A DNA stretch of 64,000 nucleotides from a virus: IMG/VR virus record IMGVR_UViG_3300046007_009781, positions 3,400 through 67,399 of that record, one strand, 5' to 3'. The stretch's first letter is position 1. Each line of letters begins with the position of its first letter. A program made the position numbers and the translations under genes. Shown piece by piece: positions 9,598 through 19,675 of the stretch. Under the pieces are notes generated by a model. The model was given only the letters and a program-made list of their open reading frames with translations, was not told where the DNA came from and ran no database searches.

Positions 9598-10689
9598 TTA
9601 AGATCCCGATTTATTGTTGTATTTACTACTGTAATCATATCCAGGTTTAAGTCTGTTGATCTGTTGTTGATAATAATCTTTGTCCGTCCAACTGTAATCA
9701 TAAACTGATTGTGCTTGTCCTGCTTGAATTTTATAAATGTCTAAATGATCCGACAATTTTTGCCAGATTGTTTCTACATTTACTGTTCCAAAACTTTTTT
9801 CTAAATCTACTTGCCCTACAGGATGATAACCAAAATTATACATCGTATTATCTAAGTCAAAACCATTACGTTGTAACCAAGGTCTGAACTTACGCATTTC
9901 GTCTGTATACCAAGGATGAAGTCCGTTATAACATACATCACGTGCCCATTCAATGTCAAATTCTCCACTGTAATATTTAAGATGTGTAATTGCTTCGCAA
10001 ACTACTTGATCGATATCTGCCCCGTTTTCATCTCGAAAAACTTCATATAATGTTTTACCAATTTGGCTCCAATGAAGATATACCTCACCTAATTTTCTGT
10101 CATAATTAGATTCGTCAAATGATTGTTTTAAATTTTCGGGGTATTCATATCTAGTGGCATTTAGAAAAGTTGTAATCTGACTGGGTCTTATCCATTCAGG
10201 TGCTGTAACTTTTTTTCTTTGACTTAATATCAAGCTTTCAGCTTCGTGGCATAGATTGTTTAGTTGTCTTATTGCAAATTTAGTTTCATAATTTGCTTGA
10301 GCATAATAACTGCTTAACTTCCAAACTGTGCCTTGAAGATTTTCAAAATGATTATGAAGTTTGTTTAATAAATCTTGGTTGGGCTTTAAAGTTTGTGGAT
10401 CTCTGAGATTGTTTATTTCAAATTCTTCAACAATTTGATATTCGTCTCGGAAATAAGAATTGATAACAGATTTGGCCCACGATAACTCTTTACAGATATA
10501 TTCTAAAGAACGGTGGCTGTCTGGAAATCCTAAAAAACAAAAATTTTTTTCTAAATACCGTGTTTGATTTAAAAGCTCTTGAAGAGCCGCATACCACAAT
10601 TTTGCTATTGGTGTATCATATACTTTTATATAGTAAACAAGAAAATCATCTTTTCTTAAAGGGTTTCTTAATGTAACTTCAACATTCAA
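9598..10689 (-). CDS. Hypothetical protein with His/Glu motifs
   Basis: 363 aa in operon context; LNKLHNHFE and LNNLCHEAE. Confidence 0.8.
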   Translation of the reverse strand: MNVEVTLRNPLRKDDFLVYYIKVYDTPIAKLWYAALQELLNQTRYLEKNFCFLGFPDSHRSLEYICKELSWAKSVINSYFRDEYQIVEEFEINNLRDPQTLKPNQDLLNKLHNHFENLQGTVWKLSSYYAQANYETKFAIRQLNNLCHEAESLILSQRKKVTAPEWIRPSQITTFLNATRYEYPENLKQSFDESNYDRKLGEVYLHWSQIGKTLYEVFRDENGADIDQVVCEAITHLKYYSGEFDIEWARDVCYNGLHPWYTDEMRKFRPWLQRNGFDLDNTMYNFGYHPVGQVDLEKSFGTVNVETIWQKLSDHLDIYKIQAGQAQSVYDYSWTDKDYYQQQINRLKPGYDYSSKYNNKSGS

Positions 10690-11980
10690 TTTGATTCCAC
10701 CAATTTAAAATTTCAGGTCGTCGACTAATAATTTCCTCAAAAGTTATAGATTGAGTTCTAATAGTTTCAAGTTGTAATATTCTTCGTTTGCCCTTTTTTA
10801 ATCCCGATTCATAATCATCTGGCCATTGTTCTTGAAAAGTAGGTCTAGTTTTTAGCTGGACAAGCATGTCCCTCAGAGTCGTATTTGTCAAGATAGTATT
10901 ATTTAATTGTTCATCTATCCAAGAATGTAAAAGTTCTTTGGGTAGTGTCAAGGGAGACATGACTATGTCCGGGCTAAAACTAAAAATTACTTTGGCTAGA
11001 ATGTCTACCTTTTCTTGTTGTCCAAGTTGCTGAATATTAGTAATTTCGAACATTCCGGGCAAAGTGAGCGTAAAGTCAATTCGCATTTGACGTCTGTGAC
11101 GTTGGATTCTAGTTCCTTGACGGAAGTTTTCAAGCCACGAATCGTAATTGAGACCTGTTCTAATATATTCTCCAATCGATCCTGTTCCGTCCAAACTTGC
11201 ACATATTTGCCAATCACGTAACCCAGTAAGAATATCATCATAAAGATCAACACCTTTATAACGAACTCTGCTGAGATTTGTATTATATCTTGCGTAAACA
11301 TTTGGACCATCCCCTAATTCAATTATTCGCTGCATATACCGCCAGTGCTGCTCATACATCAAAGGCTCACCGCCCACCCAATAAACTTCCTCCACTCGGT
11401 GTTCTTCTACTGCCTGAGCGAATTCTTGTTCAATTTGAGTTGTTTGAAATGATTCGATTTGCTGTTTTATCTCGGGAATCATCCATGAATTTTTTGGATC
11501 TGCCCAATTTATCATGTTGTGTTGTCTTTGCTCACTTTCCCATGAACTACTGAGCATATCGCCGCACATCCGGCATTTAAAATTACATAAATTGCTAAAT
11601 CTGTAATCCCAGCTCACAGGTTTCATATCTGTGTAGCCGTCAAGGCGTGTTTTTTCCATCGCCTCATTATACTTATGCCCGAATAAACTATTAAAATAAC
11701 TACGGTAAACAGATGTATTCAAAAGTTTATCGTTACATACCTCGCACTCTGGCAGAGTTTCTCCCCGCATCATCCGTTGTCGAACAGAACGCATATGTTC
11801 ACCATTCCAGTGTTGGTCCAAAGTAATTGGTATATATTTTCCTGTACCATTACTAGTATCGATATATTGTTTAAAGTTTTGTGCAGGTTCACGGCTGGCA
11901 CAGCACATTCTGCGTTCAGTTTGTGGACTTAAATACGTATGAGTCCACGGAGCCATACATAAAGTGTCGGGTTTATTCAT
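10679..11980 (-). CDS. Radical SAM protein with N-terminal twitch (half-SPASM) domain
   Basis: CMAPW..MCC..CEVC, then CNFKCRMC, GGEPLM, YNTN, SLDG. Confidence 0.92.
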   Translation of the reverse strand: MNKPDTLCMAPWTHTYLSPQTERRMCCASREPAQNFKQYIDTSNGTGKYIPITLDQHWNGEHMRSVRQRMMRGETLPECEVCNDKLLNTSVYRSYFNSLFGHKYNEAMEKTRLDGYTDMKPVSWDYRFSNLCNFKCRMCGDMLSSSWESEQRQHNMINWADPKNSWMIPEIKQQIESFQTTQIEQEFAQAVEEHRVEEVYWVGGEPLMYEQHWRYMQRIIELGDGPNVYARYNTNLSRVRYKGVDLYDDILTGLRDWQICASLDGTGSIGEYIRTGLNYDSWLENFRQGTRIQRHRRQMRIDFTLTLPGMFEITNIQQLGQQEKVDILAKVIFSFSPDIVMSPLTLPKELLHSWIDEQLNNTILTNTTLRDMLVQLKTRPTFQEQWPDDYESGLKKGKRRILQLETIRTQSITFEEIISRRPEILNWWNQIEC

Positions 11981-12623
11981 AAAAATTAGAAATTAAAAAT
12001 TTCGAAATTTGCTGATGCTCTTGTTTGTTAGGATGTCTCCCTTGCAATAACCATCGCCCAGTAATTTTAGTCAAATTATCAATTTCTTCTGTCACAGTAA
12101 ATTCTTTAAGATCGATATTTTTACTGACACATAATTTTTGTATCAGTAACCTATAATTTTTAAATTTATTTTCTAAATTGTCAGTTAATAATTTGACCCT
12201 CAGAGTATTATAGTAGTTATAAACATCATTTAATTTCTCTTTCACATTGGACGTAATTTTAGCAAGTCTATGATTTTTAATAAATGGCATTTCGTCGATA
12301 TTATTATCTGTAAAAGCACCATAATTAAAATTAAATGTCCACGTCATGTTATTATTTTCCCATGCTTCTCTATGCAAAGATGTCCATCCGATTATACAAT
12401 CAGTATAATCGTTTGTAGTTAGTGCATTGACGATTCGATGAAAAATCATTTCATTACTTGCCCCAGGATAGGCTATATTTACATAATCAGCTTGAAGATG
12501 ATCTGCAATAAATTTTCCATAACTGTTTTGAATGTTCTCTTGACTAAACCAATGATGAACTGTTTCTAATCCATGAGTTATACTACAGCCAGCTACTAAT
12601 AATTTTCTTTTCATATTATTCAT
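11973..12623 (-). CDS. SGNH/GDSL-hydrolase-like protein
   Basis: VAGCSITHG (GDS-like block I), NIAYPGASN (block II), C-terminal GRHP. Confidence 0.55.
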   Translation of the reverse strand: MNNMKRKLLVAGCSITHGLETVHHWFSQENIQNSYGKFIADHLQADYVNIAYPGASNEMIFHRIVNALTTNDYTDCIIGWTSLHREAWENNNMTWTFNFNYGAFTDNNIDEMPFIKNHRLAKITSNVKEKLNDVYNYYNTLRVKLLTDNLENKFKNYRLLIQKLCVSKNIDLKEFTVTEEIDNLTKITGRWLLQGRHPNKQEHQQISKFLISNFYE

Positions 12624-13833
12624 ATCCCATTGTTTTTGCTATCTCTGGATGAGTATCCATAAAATTTTGATTGCGATACTCATCAGTCTGTTTCATTCGT
12701 CTTAGAAATTCCTTACCATCGCTACCCGACCCGATTTCAATAAATGTAATTAAATTATCAATTTCTTTTTGATATCTGGTAGATTTCCAAAAAGTATTTT
12801 TTAACTTATTCAACACTAATTCCTTTGCGTCAAGCGTCATATACTGAACGCTCATATGATTAGGACTATGCAACATATTGAAATGAACACTGCCGAACGG
12901 TTTAGTACTAGCCCACTCTAATAGTTCATCCAGATAATATACGTTTTGAATATTGATAGTAAAACATAGTTGAGTAGTAATGTTAGGACAATCTATGTCT
13001 TTTGTAAAGTGCACCATGTCTATAATTTCATTGGCTCGATCCCATTTAGCTCCATAACGTTCATATTCAAATCTATCTGCTACATTATCAATGCTGAACG
13101 CTATATCTACACGACCAAATTGTTGCCAAACCATGGACCTCTCACCAAGTGGTTGAGTTGCATTAGTATTATAATGAATATCAATATTACGACTGTGCCC
13201 AGCTTCGGCAGCGTATTTTAGTAATTCCCAATGTTCTTCTATTAGCCATGGCTCACCGCCAGTAAATTCAAGATACTTAATGTTAGGTAACAAGGTTTTC
13301 AAATTGTCCCAAAATGCAGGACTTTCTTCAGGCCATTTTCCGTTCTTTAACCAAGTGTATGCTATGTGTTTTTTCTTATCTGCGTCCTTAGGCAAATAAT
13401 CCATTTCTTCTGCAGCCCACTTACTGCTAGACCAGCTACCACATATACGGCATTTAAGATTACATATATTTCCTAACTTTAAATCTAAGAACCACAATTG
13501 ATCGGGCCGATCATTGCTCCAATCAACATTAGCATATAATTCTTTTAATCGTATACGACTGTTAATACGTTTACTAGTTCTGCCGGCAGCTTCTTCATTC
13601 CAACACAATTTACATGTAGAAGGTTTTTCTCCTGCCCGAAACTGCTGTCTGAGTTGCTGCATATATTTGCTTTTATATGCATCCTCCAGAGTTGAAGTTC
13701 TAAGATCTAATTTTATACCTTGTTCATCAGTAATTTCTTCCCTAGCCAAACAACAAGGTCGCATTGTGCCCATTGGACTAGTTTCTATACTAATCCAGGG
13801 CAATAAACAAATAGTAGCCGGTAATTGTTTCAT
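12616..13833 (-). CDS. Radical SAM protein with N-terminal twitch domain
   Basis: CLLPW..PCC..CKLC; CNLKCRIC; GGEPW; YNTN; SID. Confidence 0.92.
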   Translation of the reverse strand: MKQLPATICLLPWISIETSPMGTMRPCCLAREEITDEQGIKLDLRTSTLEDAYKSKYMQQLRQQFRAGEKPSTCKLCWNEEAAGRTSKRINSRIRLKELYANVDWSNDRPDQLWFLDLKLGNICNLKCRICGSWSSSKWAAEEMDYLPKDADKKKHIAYTWLKNGKWPEESPAFWDNLKTLLPNIKYLEFTGGEPWLIEEHWELLKYAAEAGHSRNIDIHYNTNATQPLGERSMVWQQFGRVDIAFSIDNVADRFEYERYGAKWDRANEIIDMVHFTKDIDCPNITTQLCFTINIQNVYYLDELLEWASTKPFGSVHFNMLHSPNHMSVQYMTLDAKELVLNKLKNTFWKSTRYQKEIDNLITFIEIGSGSDGKEFLRRMKQTDEYRNQNFMDTHPEIAKTMGYE

Positions 13834-15170
13834 AATGATTTAAACGGTTTCAGCTCAGAAAAAACTTCCCAAAAATTTTCCCCTCTGGCTTTATCTAAAG
13901 CATAAAGTTCAACTTTGAACTTGGACCAATCTCTGGATTTATCATTATTAGATTTTATTAAATTAATAATACTTTCAAATCCTGTTGTTGCTCTTTTTAA
14001 ATTGTCTTGTGGTCTAAGCCATTCTAAATGATTTTCATAAGCAGGTATTAATATTTCGTCTTTAATAGATTGTGGAAATATGTCTACTCTATACCAGTCT
14101 GGTCCTAACAGAGGATTTACATTAAAATCTTTTGGTTTGACATATCCTAAGTCAACCCACTCTTTATGGAAATCTAATACATGTAAAACATTCATTGCAC
14201 TAATGGTTGCAGCAATATAAAAATCAACATGTGGCACTTCTTTCATCATACGTTTTCTATTCTGTACAGTCTGTGCCCAGTCTGTGCCTTTACGTAGTAA
14301 TTCTGCTCTTGCACCACTGGCATCCAAACTTGCCCCAACACTGACATTTTTAAAATGTTTCCAATACTCGAATACATGTTTATCTTTGAAAGACAATTCG
14401 CTAAAATTAGTATTGTAATGAATACGAACATCTGTTTTGCCTAAATCTATTAATCTTTCTAGTAAGTAGTAGTGCTCCTTCATAATCAAAGGTTCACCAC
14501 CAGCAAAATAAATTTGCTCTAAATAAGGTATATGGGGTTCCATTTGATCCATCATGTTTTCTTCATTGCCTGTTGTATATTCTATCCTGGCCATTGGGCG
14601 ACCTAACACGTCAGGAGCTTTTTTATACAATTTTACATGATCGTTATACCAATTGCTGCTAAAGATTGGTCCGCAAGTTCTGCATCTAAAATTGCAAAGA
14701 TTACTGAATCTTACATCCCAATACTTAAGTTGGAAAGTTTCATACTCACCATCTGCAGATGTCTTATCTACTTCATTGATGTAATGTCCATAATTTCTAT
14801 TAGAGTCATTGCGCATACTAAAAAATCCGTTAGACTCTTGTTCATAACATTTAGTGCATTGTTTACTAGGTTTTTCTTCTAACATATTTTTTCGGACTTG
14901 ACGATACCCTTCTTGGTTCCATACTTCTTTCATTGTATTTTTTCTAAGATCGCCAACTGGGTGCCAGTAATCACCTAAACAACATGGATAGACCCGTCCA
15001 TCGGGGTAGGCATGCATATGTACCCACGGTAACATACAAAAATAATCGCTGCCCACAAGTTTAAATTTTTGTTCTTCTGTTAAACTTTCAAAATCAATGA
15101 AATATGGAATTTTTGATTTATAGTCATATCCTTTTTTATAAAAACTTACAATTTTATTTTCTTCGCTCAT
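13830..15170 (-). CDS. Radical SAM protein with N-terminal twitch domain
   Basis: CMLPW..YPCC..CTKC; CNFRCRTC; GGEPL; YNTN; SLD. Confidence 0.92.
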   Translation of the reverse strand: MSEENKIVSFYKKGYDYKSKIPYFIDFESLTEEQKFKLVGSDYFCMLPWVHMHAYPDGRVYPCCLGDYWHPVGDLRKNTMKEVWNQEGYRQVRKNMLEEKPSKQCTKCYEQESNGFFSMRNDSNRNYGHYINEVDKTSADGEYETFQLKYWDVRFSNLCNFRCRTCGPIFSSNWYNDHVKLYKKAPDVLGRPMARIEYTTGNEENMMDQMEPHIPYLEQIYFAGGEPLIMKEHYYLLERLIDLGKTDVRIHYNTNFSELSFKDKHVFEYWKHFKNVSVGASLDASGARAELLRKGTDWAQTVQNRKRMMKEVPHVDFYIAATISAMNVLHVLDFHKEWVDLGYVKPKDFNVNPLLGPDWYRVDIFPQSIKDEILIPAYENHLEWLRPQDNLKRATTGFESIINLIKSNNDKSRDWSKFKVELYALDKARGENFWEVFSELKPFKSL

Positions 15171-16513
15171 AACGTGTTATACCATTTCATTAAATTAGGG
15201 AAAGCCACTTCAAAGTTTTTTCCGCGGCGTATATCATACTGTTGATAAAATTTCTTAAAATCATGTCTCAATGATTTCAAATCAAACGCTTCACTGTGAG
15301 GAGTTTTTACTATGTCAAGATAATCTATTAATCGTGTTACATGAGCTAGTTCATGGCCATGCAAGTAATTATTGCCTTTATGTTTGTCTAACCATGTTGT
15401 CAAGTTGTTTTTATAATCTGTCCTTAAATTATCTGGCAATACTAATGGACTTTGGAAGCTAGGAAATCTTAAAATATTCAAAGTAAAATTGGGAAAATCT
15501 CTGCCATATTGTTTTTTAAAATCTACTAACAAATCTAAAAATTTAGGCAAGCTATCTAAACATAAAGCGTTCACAGTACACATAACATGCAAACCTCGTA
15601 GTTTTTTACTAGAAGACAATCTACGAACATTGTTTAACCATGCATCCCAATTTAAACCATCCCTAATATATTCAGCGTGAACACCAAAGCTTTCATTACT
15701 GGTGTATAGATCAAATTCTAACCCATCAACTGCAGTCAACAATCTGTCTATGTCAGTTTCAGGCCCTAAGTTACTGTTAATAGCCAATCTGGTTTGACTT
15801 TTTCCTCGATTTTGTTTAAACCAATCTAATAACTTCCAAGTCGAACCGCTCATTAATGGTTCTCCTCCTGTTATTCTTAATTCTTTAAGAGTACGGTGTA
15901 AGTCTGAATCCCACCAGTTAAAAAATGCTTCTACATAAGGATTTACTTCACCTAGTTTATAAAGTTGACTACTATCATGTGTATGAGTAAAATGATTTCT
16001 ACCGTCACTAATCAAATTTTGATAAGCACCATTCTTTTTAATATCATTAACCCACGTGGTGCTAAACGCAGGATTGCAATAACTACATGCAAATTGACAA
16101 GTTCTGTCAAATGCAATTTCCAAAGTTTGTAAATCCACATCTTGATCGCTTGGGGTTCGAAAGGCAATGTCTAAATCCGCTTCTGTGTAAATTTTTGTTT
16201 TATAAACTCTATCACTTATAGAGTCTCTACCAATATCCTCAATCTTCCAACAATATTCGCAGCCCGAAGGACGTTGTCCTTGTTGCATCTGTTGTCTTTC
16301 TGTCTTTTTCTTAATGGTGTTGTGTAAAGCTTTGGGATTTTTTAAAACATCATTGATATCAACCTTATGAGGTAATGGATGATGACAACTTGTAGTCATG
16401 CCGCTACCTAACCAAATGGTAGCGTTATACCATTTGGCCGCACAAAAAGATTCTGACTTTATATCTATCACTCTTTTTTTATATTCTAAATCTGTTTCAT
16501 ATTTCATATGCAT
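15167..16513 (-). CDS. Radical SAM protein with N-terminal twitch domain
   Basis: CAAKW..SCHHP..CEYC; CQFACSYC; GGEPL; NSN. Confidence 0.92.
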   Translation of the reverse strand: MHMKYETDLEYKKRVIDIKSESFCAAKWYNATIWLGSGMTTSCHHPLPHKVDINDVLKNPKALHNTIKKKTERQQMQQGQRPSGCEYCWKIEDIGRDSISDRVYKTKIYTEADLDIAFRTPSDQDVDLQTLEIAFDRTCQFACSYCNPAFSTTWVNDIKKNGAYQNLISDGRNHFTHTHDSSQLYKLGEVNPYVEAFFNWWDSDLHRTLKELRITGGEPLMSGSTWKLLDWFKQNRGKSQTRLAINSNLGPETDIDRLLTAVDGLEFDLYTSNESFGVHAEYIRDGLNWDAWLNNVRRLSSSKKLRGLHVMCTVNALCLDSLPKFLDLLVDFKKQYGRDFPNFTLNILRFPSFQSPLVLPDNLRTDYKNNLTTWLDKHKGNNYLHGHELAHVTRLIDYLDIVKTPHSEAFDLKSLRHDFKKFYQQYDIRRGKNFEVAFPNLMKWYNTL

Positions 16514-17655
16514 AAAAGTTCTTTAATGTTGTTTGGCAAAGCAGAGGACCTTCTATGGTCCCATTCATCAATAAAATATTTAAACTGTTTATGATACCCA
16601 ACATTATATTGTTCCGACTGTAATGCAGAACACAACGACTCTAATCCAAATGTATAATCTTTATTTTGAATTTGACCAATAAATTCAATTATAGGCTTTC
16701 TCACTTCAGGAGACAACACAGCAAACGTTTGTATTTTTGGATACAAACAATTACTGATAGTTAATGCTATAACGCAATCACGCATTTCATTTCTAAGATC
16801 AGTTATATAATTATAAAAATTTTCAAAATCTAATACTGTTACGGCCGTCATTAAACTTGATATAGAAATTTTTTTTAACTTAGAATTTTTTAAATAATAT
16901 TTCAAATTTTGAAAAAATTTTTCAAAATTTAATCCGTGTCTCACATATTCTGCAATAGTCTTGGTTGCATCAATACTTACATTAAGACTTATTAGAAATT
17001 TATCTTCGTATGACAGCAATCTATCAATAGTACGGAAGTCTACCATAAAATTGCTTGTAAGTCGAACTTCTTTGACTTTTGCATTATCTAATATTTGCCA
17101 TAAACTTTTGTATAAAAAAGGTTCTCCGCCGATTACAGTTAATATTTCAGGACTTTCTTTTGCCAATAAATTAAAATTAGTTTCTCTATTAGATTTATTT
17201 TTTTCAAGAATTTCGTAATTGTATCTATCTGTAAAAATTGGATACATTTTATTACGAATATCCTTTTCCCATTCACTACTAAATTTAGGATTACAATATT
17301 GACATTGTAAATTACAAGTATTACCTAAATTTATTTCTAAGTTCTTAATAGATTTATTTAAATTTTGATATTCCGAATACGACTCAAAATTAAAATCCTT
17401 CAGGTGCTCCATTCTCAGACTGAATTCATTGTTGTTTTCTACCTCCCAACAATACTTGCAAGAATCATCTTGTATATTGTTTAAAAGATTGAATTTTTGG
17501 TTATCTAAAACAGTCTTATAATCTTTTTCAAACAGTAAAGGTACTGCTTTACAACAACTATAGGCAAAATTGTAGGTACTATTTATAACTAATTCATCCC
17601 ATTTAGCTGGACAAAAAGTTTTAGATATATTACTTTGATCGGGCATGATGTGCAC
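16504..17655 (-). CDS. Radical SAM protein with N-terminal twitch domain (divergent, AT-rich)
   Basis: CPAKW..SCC..CKYC; CNLQCQYC; GGEPF; TSN; SID. Confidence 0.88.
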   Translation of the reverse strand: MHIMPDQSNISKTFCPAKWDELVINSTYNFAYSCCKAVPLLFEKDYKTVLDNQKFNLLNNIQDDSCKYCWEVENNNEFSLRMEHLKDFNFESYSEYQNLNKSIKNLEINLGNTCNLQCQYCNPKFSSEWEKDIRNKMYPIFTDRYNYEILEKNKSNRETNFNLLAKESPEILTVIGGEPFLYKSLWQILDNAKVKEVRLTSNFMVDFRTIDRLLSYEDKFLISLNVSIDATKTIAEYVRHGLNFEKFFQNLKYYLKNSKLKKISISSLMTAVTVLDFENFYNYITDLRNEMRDCVIALTISNCLYPKIQTFAVLSPEVRKPIIEFIGQIQNKDYTFGLESLCSALQSEQYNVGYHKQFKYFIDEWDHRRSSALPNNIKELLCI

Positions 17656-19021
17656 ATTCTAAATAATACTCTCTCATTTCCGGAAAAGTGACTACAAAAT
17701 TTGTTTTTCTTCTAGTGTCATGTTCTTTAAAAAATTTGTAAAAATTTGCTTTTTGTTGATTAACATAAGTGGGATCTAATTTCTGCCCTTCTTTCATGTA
17801 ATCAATGACCCGTTGAAGACGCTGCAGTTCGTAATCCTTAAATCCTTTAAAAGGACGATTGCTAGTTTCTAATTTAGTCAACATAAAACTCCAAACTAGT
17901 TCAAGTTGATCAATATAGCTTTCGGGTAGTAGTTGTATATTTTGCCATTCTGGCTTTCGTAAAATCGGAGTGTCAAACCAGACACGTTGATAAGTTTTGC
18001 TATATATTTCTCTAAGACCATGGATATTAGTTATTAAGTCGCCTACACTGGTAACGTTAAGATTGTTCATGGTTATAATAAAAGTCAAACTGCTTCGATT
18101 AGGAACTTCATTAAGAAATCGATTTACATTATTCCACAATCTTTCGAAATTTAAGCCAAAACGAATATATTCAGCACGATCAAACACACTGTCTAAACTA
18201 ACATACTGCATAAAATGTTCAATTTTTTTGTCGTCGTTGTCGCACAGTCTTTTGCAATAATCCAAATATTTTTCAAAAAGTTTAGGCTCTACACTGAAAT
18301 TACTGGTAACGTTTAAGTGTAATTTATGACTAGGATTAGCTAACACATAATCGAAAACTCGATACGTATTTGGATCCAATAAAGGTTCACCTCCGGTCAT
18401 TCTAAAATGTTCTAACTCAGGATATAATTCAGGCCACCAACGCCAAAACGCTTCTACATAAGGGTTATACTCACGGGCAGGAATAGGACGACGATTGCCA
18501 GTAAAATGCTCTGGAGCATTATGAGGTACTAAGGTCGGATATGCACCATATCTAGACACTTCATCTGCCCAAGAACTACTAAACTGAGGGCTGCAATAAC
18601 TACATTTAAGATTACAAGCATGATTAAAATTAACTTCCACATAACTGGGCAAGACATCTTCATCTCCAGTACTGTTTTTAATAGTATCGAAATCTTTAGC
18701 TGCCCATGGTTCCCCGCTGCGATAATGTCTGTCGCTTAAGTTGCCTAAATCTTCCTGAGTCCAACAATAACTACACTCGGCAGGTCGTTGTTGCTGCAGC
18801 ATGATTTTACGCTGCTCTTTTTTGTAAGGTGTGTTGTGTAATGCACTGGGATTATCCTGCAATAGATCTGCGGGCACAGAATGTAAAGGAGGGTGATAAC
18901 AACTGTTGTTTAACCCGGTAGGTAAGTGAAAACTAACTTGCTTCCATTTAGCAAGACACAATGAATTGCCTAATTTTTGTTTAGCATCTTCTGCAGAACT
19001 TAAAAATACACTTTTACTCAT
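17630..19021 (-). CDS. Radical SAM protein with N-terminal twitch domain
   Basis: CLAKW..SCYHP..CSYC; CNLKCSYC; GGEPL; TSN; SLD. Confidence 0.92.
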   Translation of the reverse strand: MSKSVFLSSAEDAKQKLGNSLCLAKWKQVSFHLPTGLNNSCYHPPLHSVPADLLQDNPSALHNTPYKKEQRKIMLQQQRPAECSYCWTQEDLGNLSDRHYRSGEPWAAKDFDTIKNSTGDEDVLPSYVEVNFNHACNLKCSYCSPQFSSSWADEVSRYGAYPTLVPHNAPEHFTGNRRPIPAREYNPYVEAFWRWWPELYPELEHFRMTGGEPLLDPNTYRVFDYVLANPSHKLHLNVTSNFSVEPKLFEKYLDYCKRLCDNDDKKIEHFMQYVSLDSVFDRAEYIRFGLNFERLWNNVNRFLNEVPNRSSLTFIITMNNLNVTSVGDLITNIHGLREIYSKTYQRVWFDTPILRKPEWQNIQLLPESYIDQLELVWSFMLTKLETSNRPFKGFKDYELQRLQRVIDYMKEGQKLDPTYVNQQKANFYKFFKEHDTRRKTNFVVTFPEMREYYLECAHHARSK

Positions 19022-19036
19022 AAGGTTAGATTGTAA

Positions 19037-19675
19037 TTAGATTTGAGGCAATTTGAAATTTGCTAATAACTTTTCTATTTCTTCTGCATTTGAAAAAATA
19101 TCATATAGTGTGATATTGGCATAATCATTTGGAGACCATTTTGTTACGCAATTTTCCGATGTTAAATACTTTAATTCATCGTAATCAATAACTTCATCGC
19201 ATTTAACAAAATAAGTGATCAATTGTTCAGATATCCAAGACTTAATTTTGTTGATATCATAATAAATTTTCTCAGTCTGACTGCTCATATAATTTAAATA
19301 GTCGCTGCTGGATGCTGAATTATGCTTGAACTTAAATGTTTCGTTTTGTTCAAAATTTTTCATCCAAAAGTACCAACTAATAAAATGATTTACTTTATTG
19401 GTTCTTGTAAGTTTTATCACATGCCAATCTGCAATCATCCAAGGATGTGCGACTAAATCAAATTTGGGATCTGTTGCATTAAGTATTGCTATTTGATATA
19501 CATTTGCTATTTTACTGTGAATAACACGAAAATCTATGTCAGCTACTAACTCACCAACGAATCCACTTTTAGCAAAATCTACTTTTTCATTTATAAGACT
19601 GCTTAAAAAATGTGTGCCAGATCTGTAATAACTTACAATCAAAGTTCCTTTTTTATTTTTATCAAATAGTTTCAT
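19037..19675 (-). CDS. Sulfotransferase-like (Stf0-like) protein
   Basis: IVSYYRSGTHFL (5'-PSB, RSGT) and LTRTNKVNHFISW (LxRxN...S). Confidence 0.55.
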   Translation of the reverse strand: MKLFDKNKKGTLIVSYYRSGTHFLSSLINEKVDFAKSGFVGELVADIDFRVIHSKIANVYQIAILNATDPKFDLVAHPWMIADWHVIKLTRTNKVNHFISWYFWMKNFEQNETFKFKHNSASSSDYLNYMSSQTEKIYYDINKIKSWISEQLITYFVKCDEVIDYDELKYLTSENCVTKWSPNDYANITLYDIFSNAEEIEKLLANFKLPQI

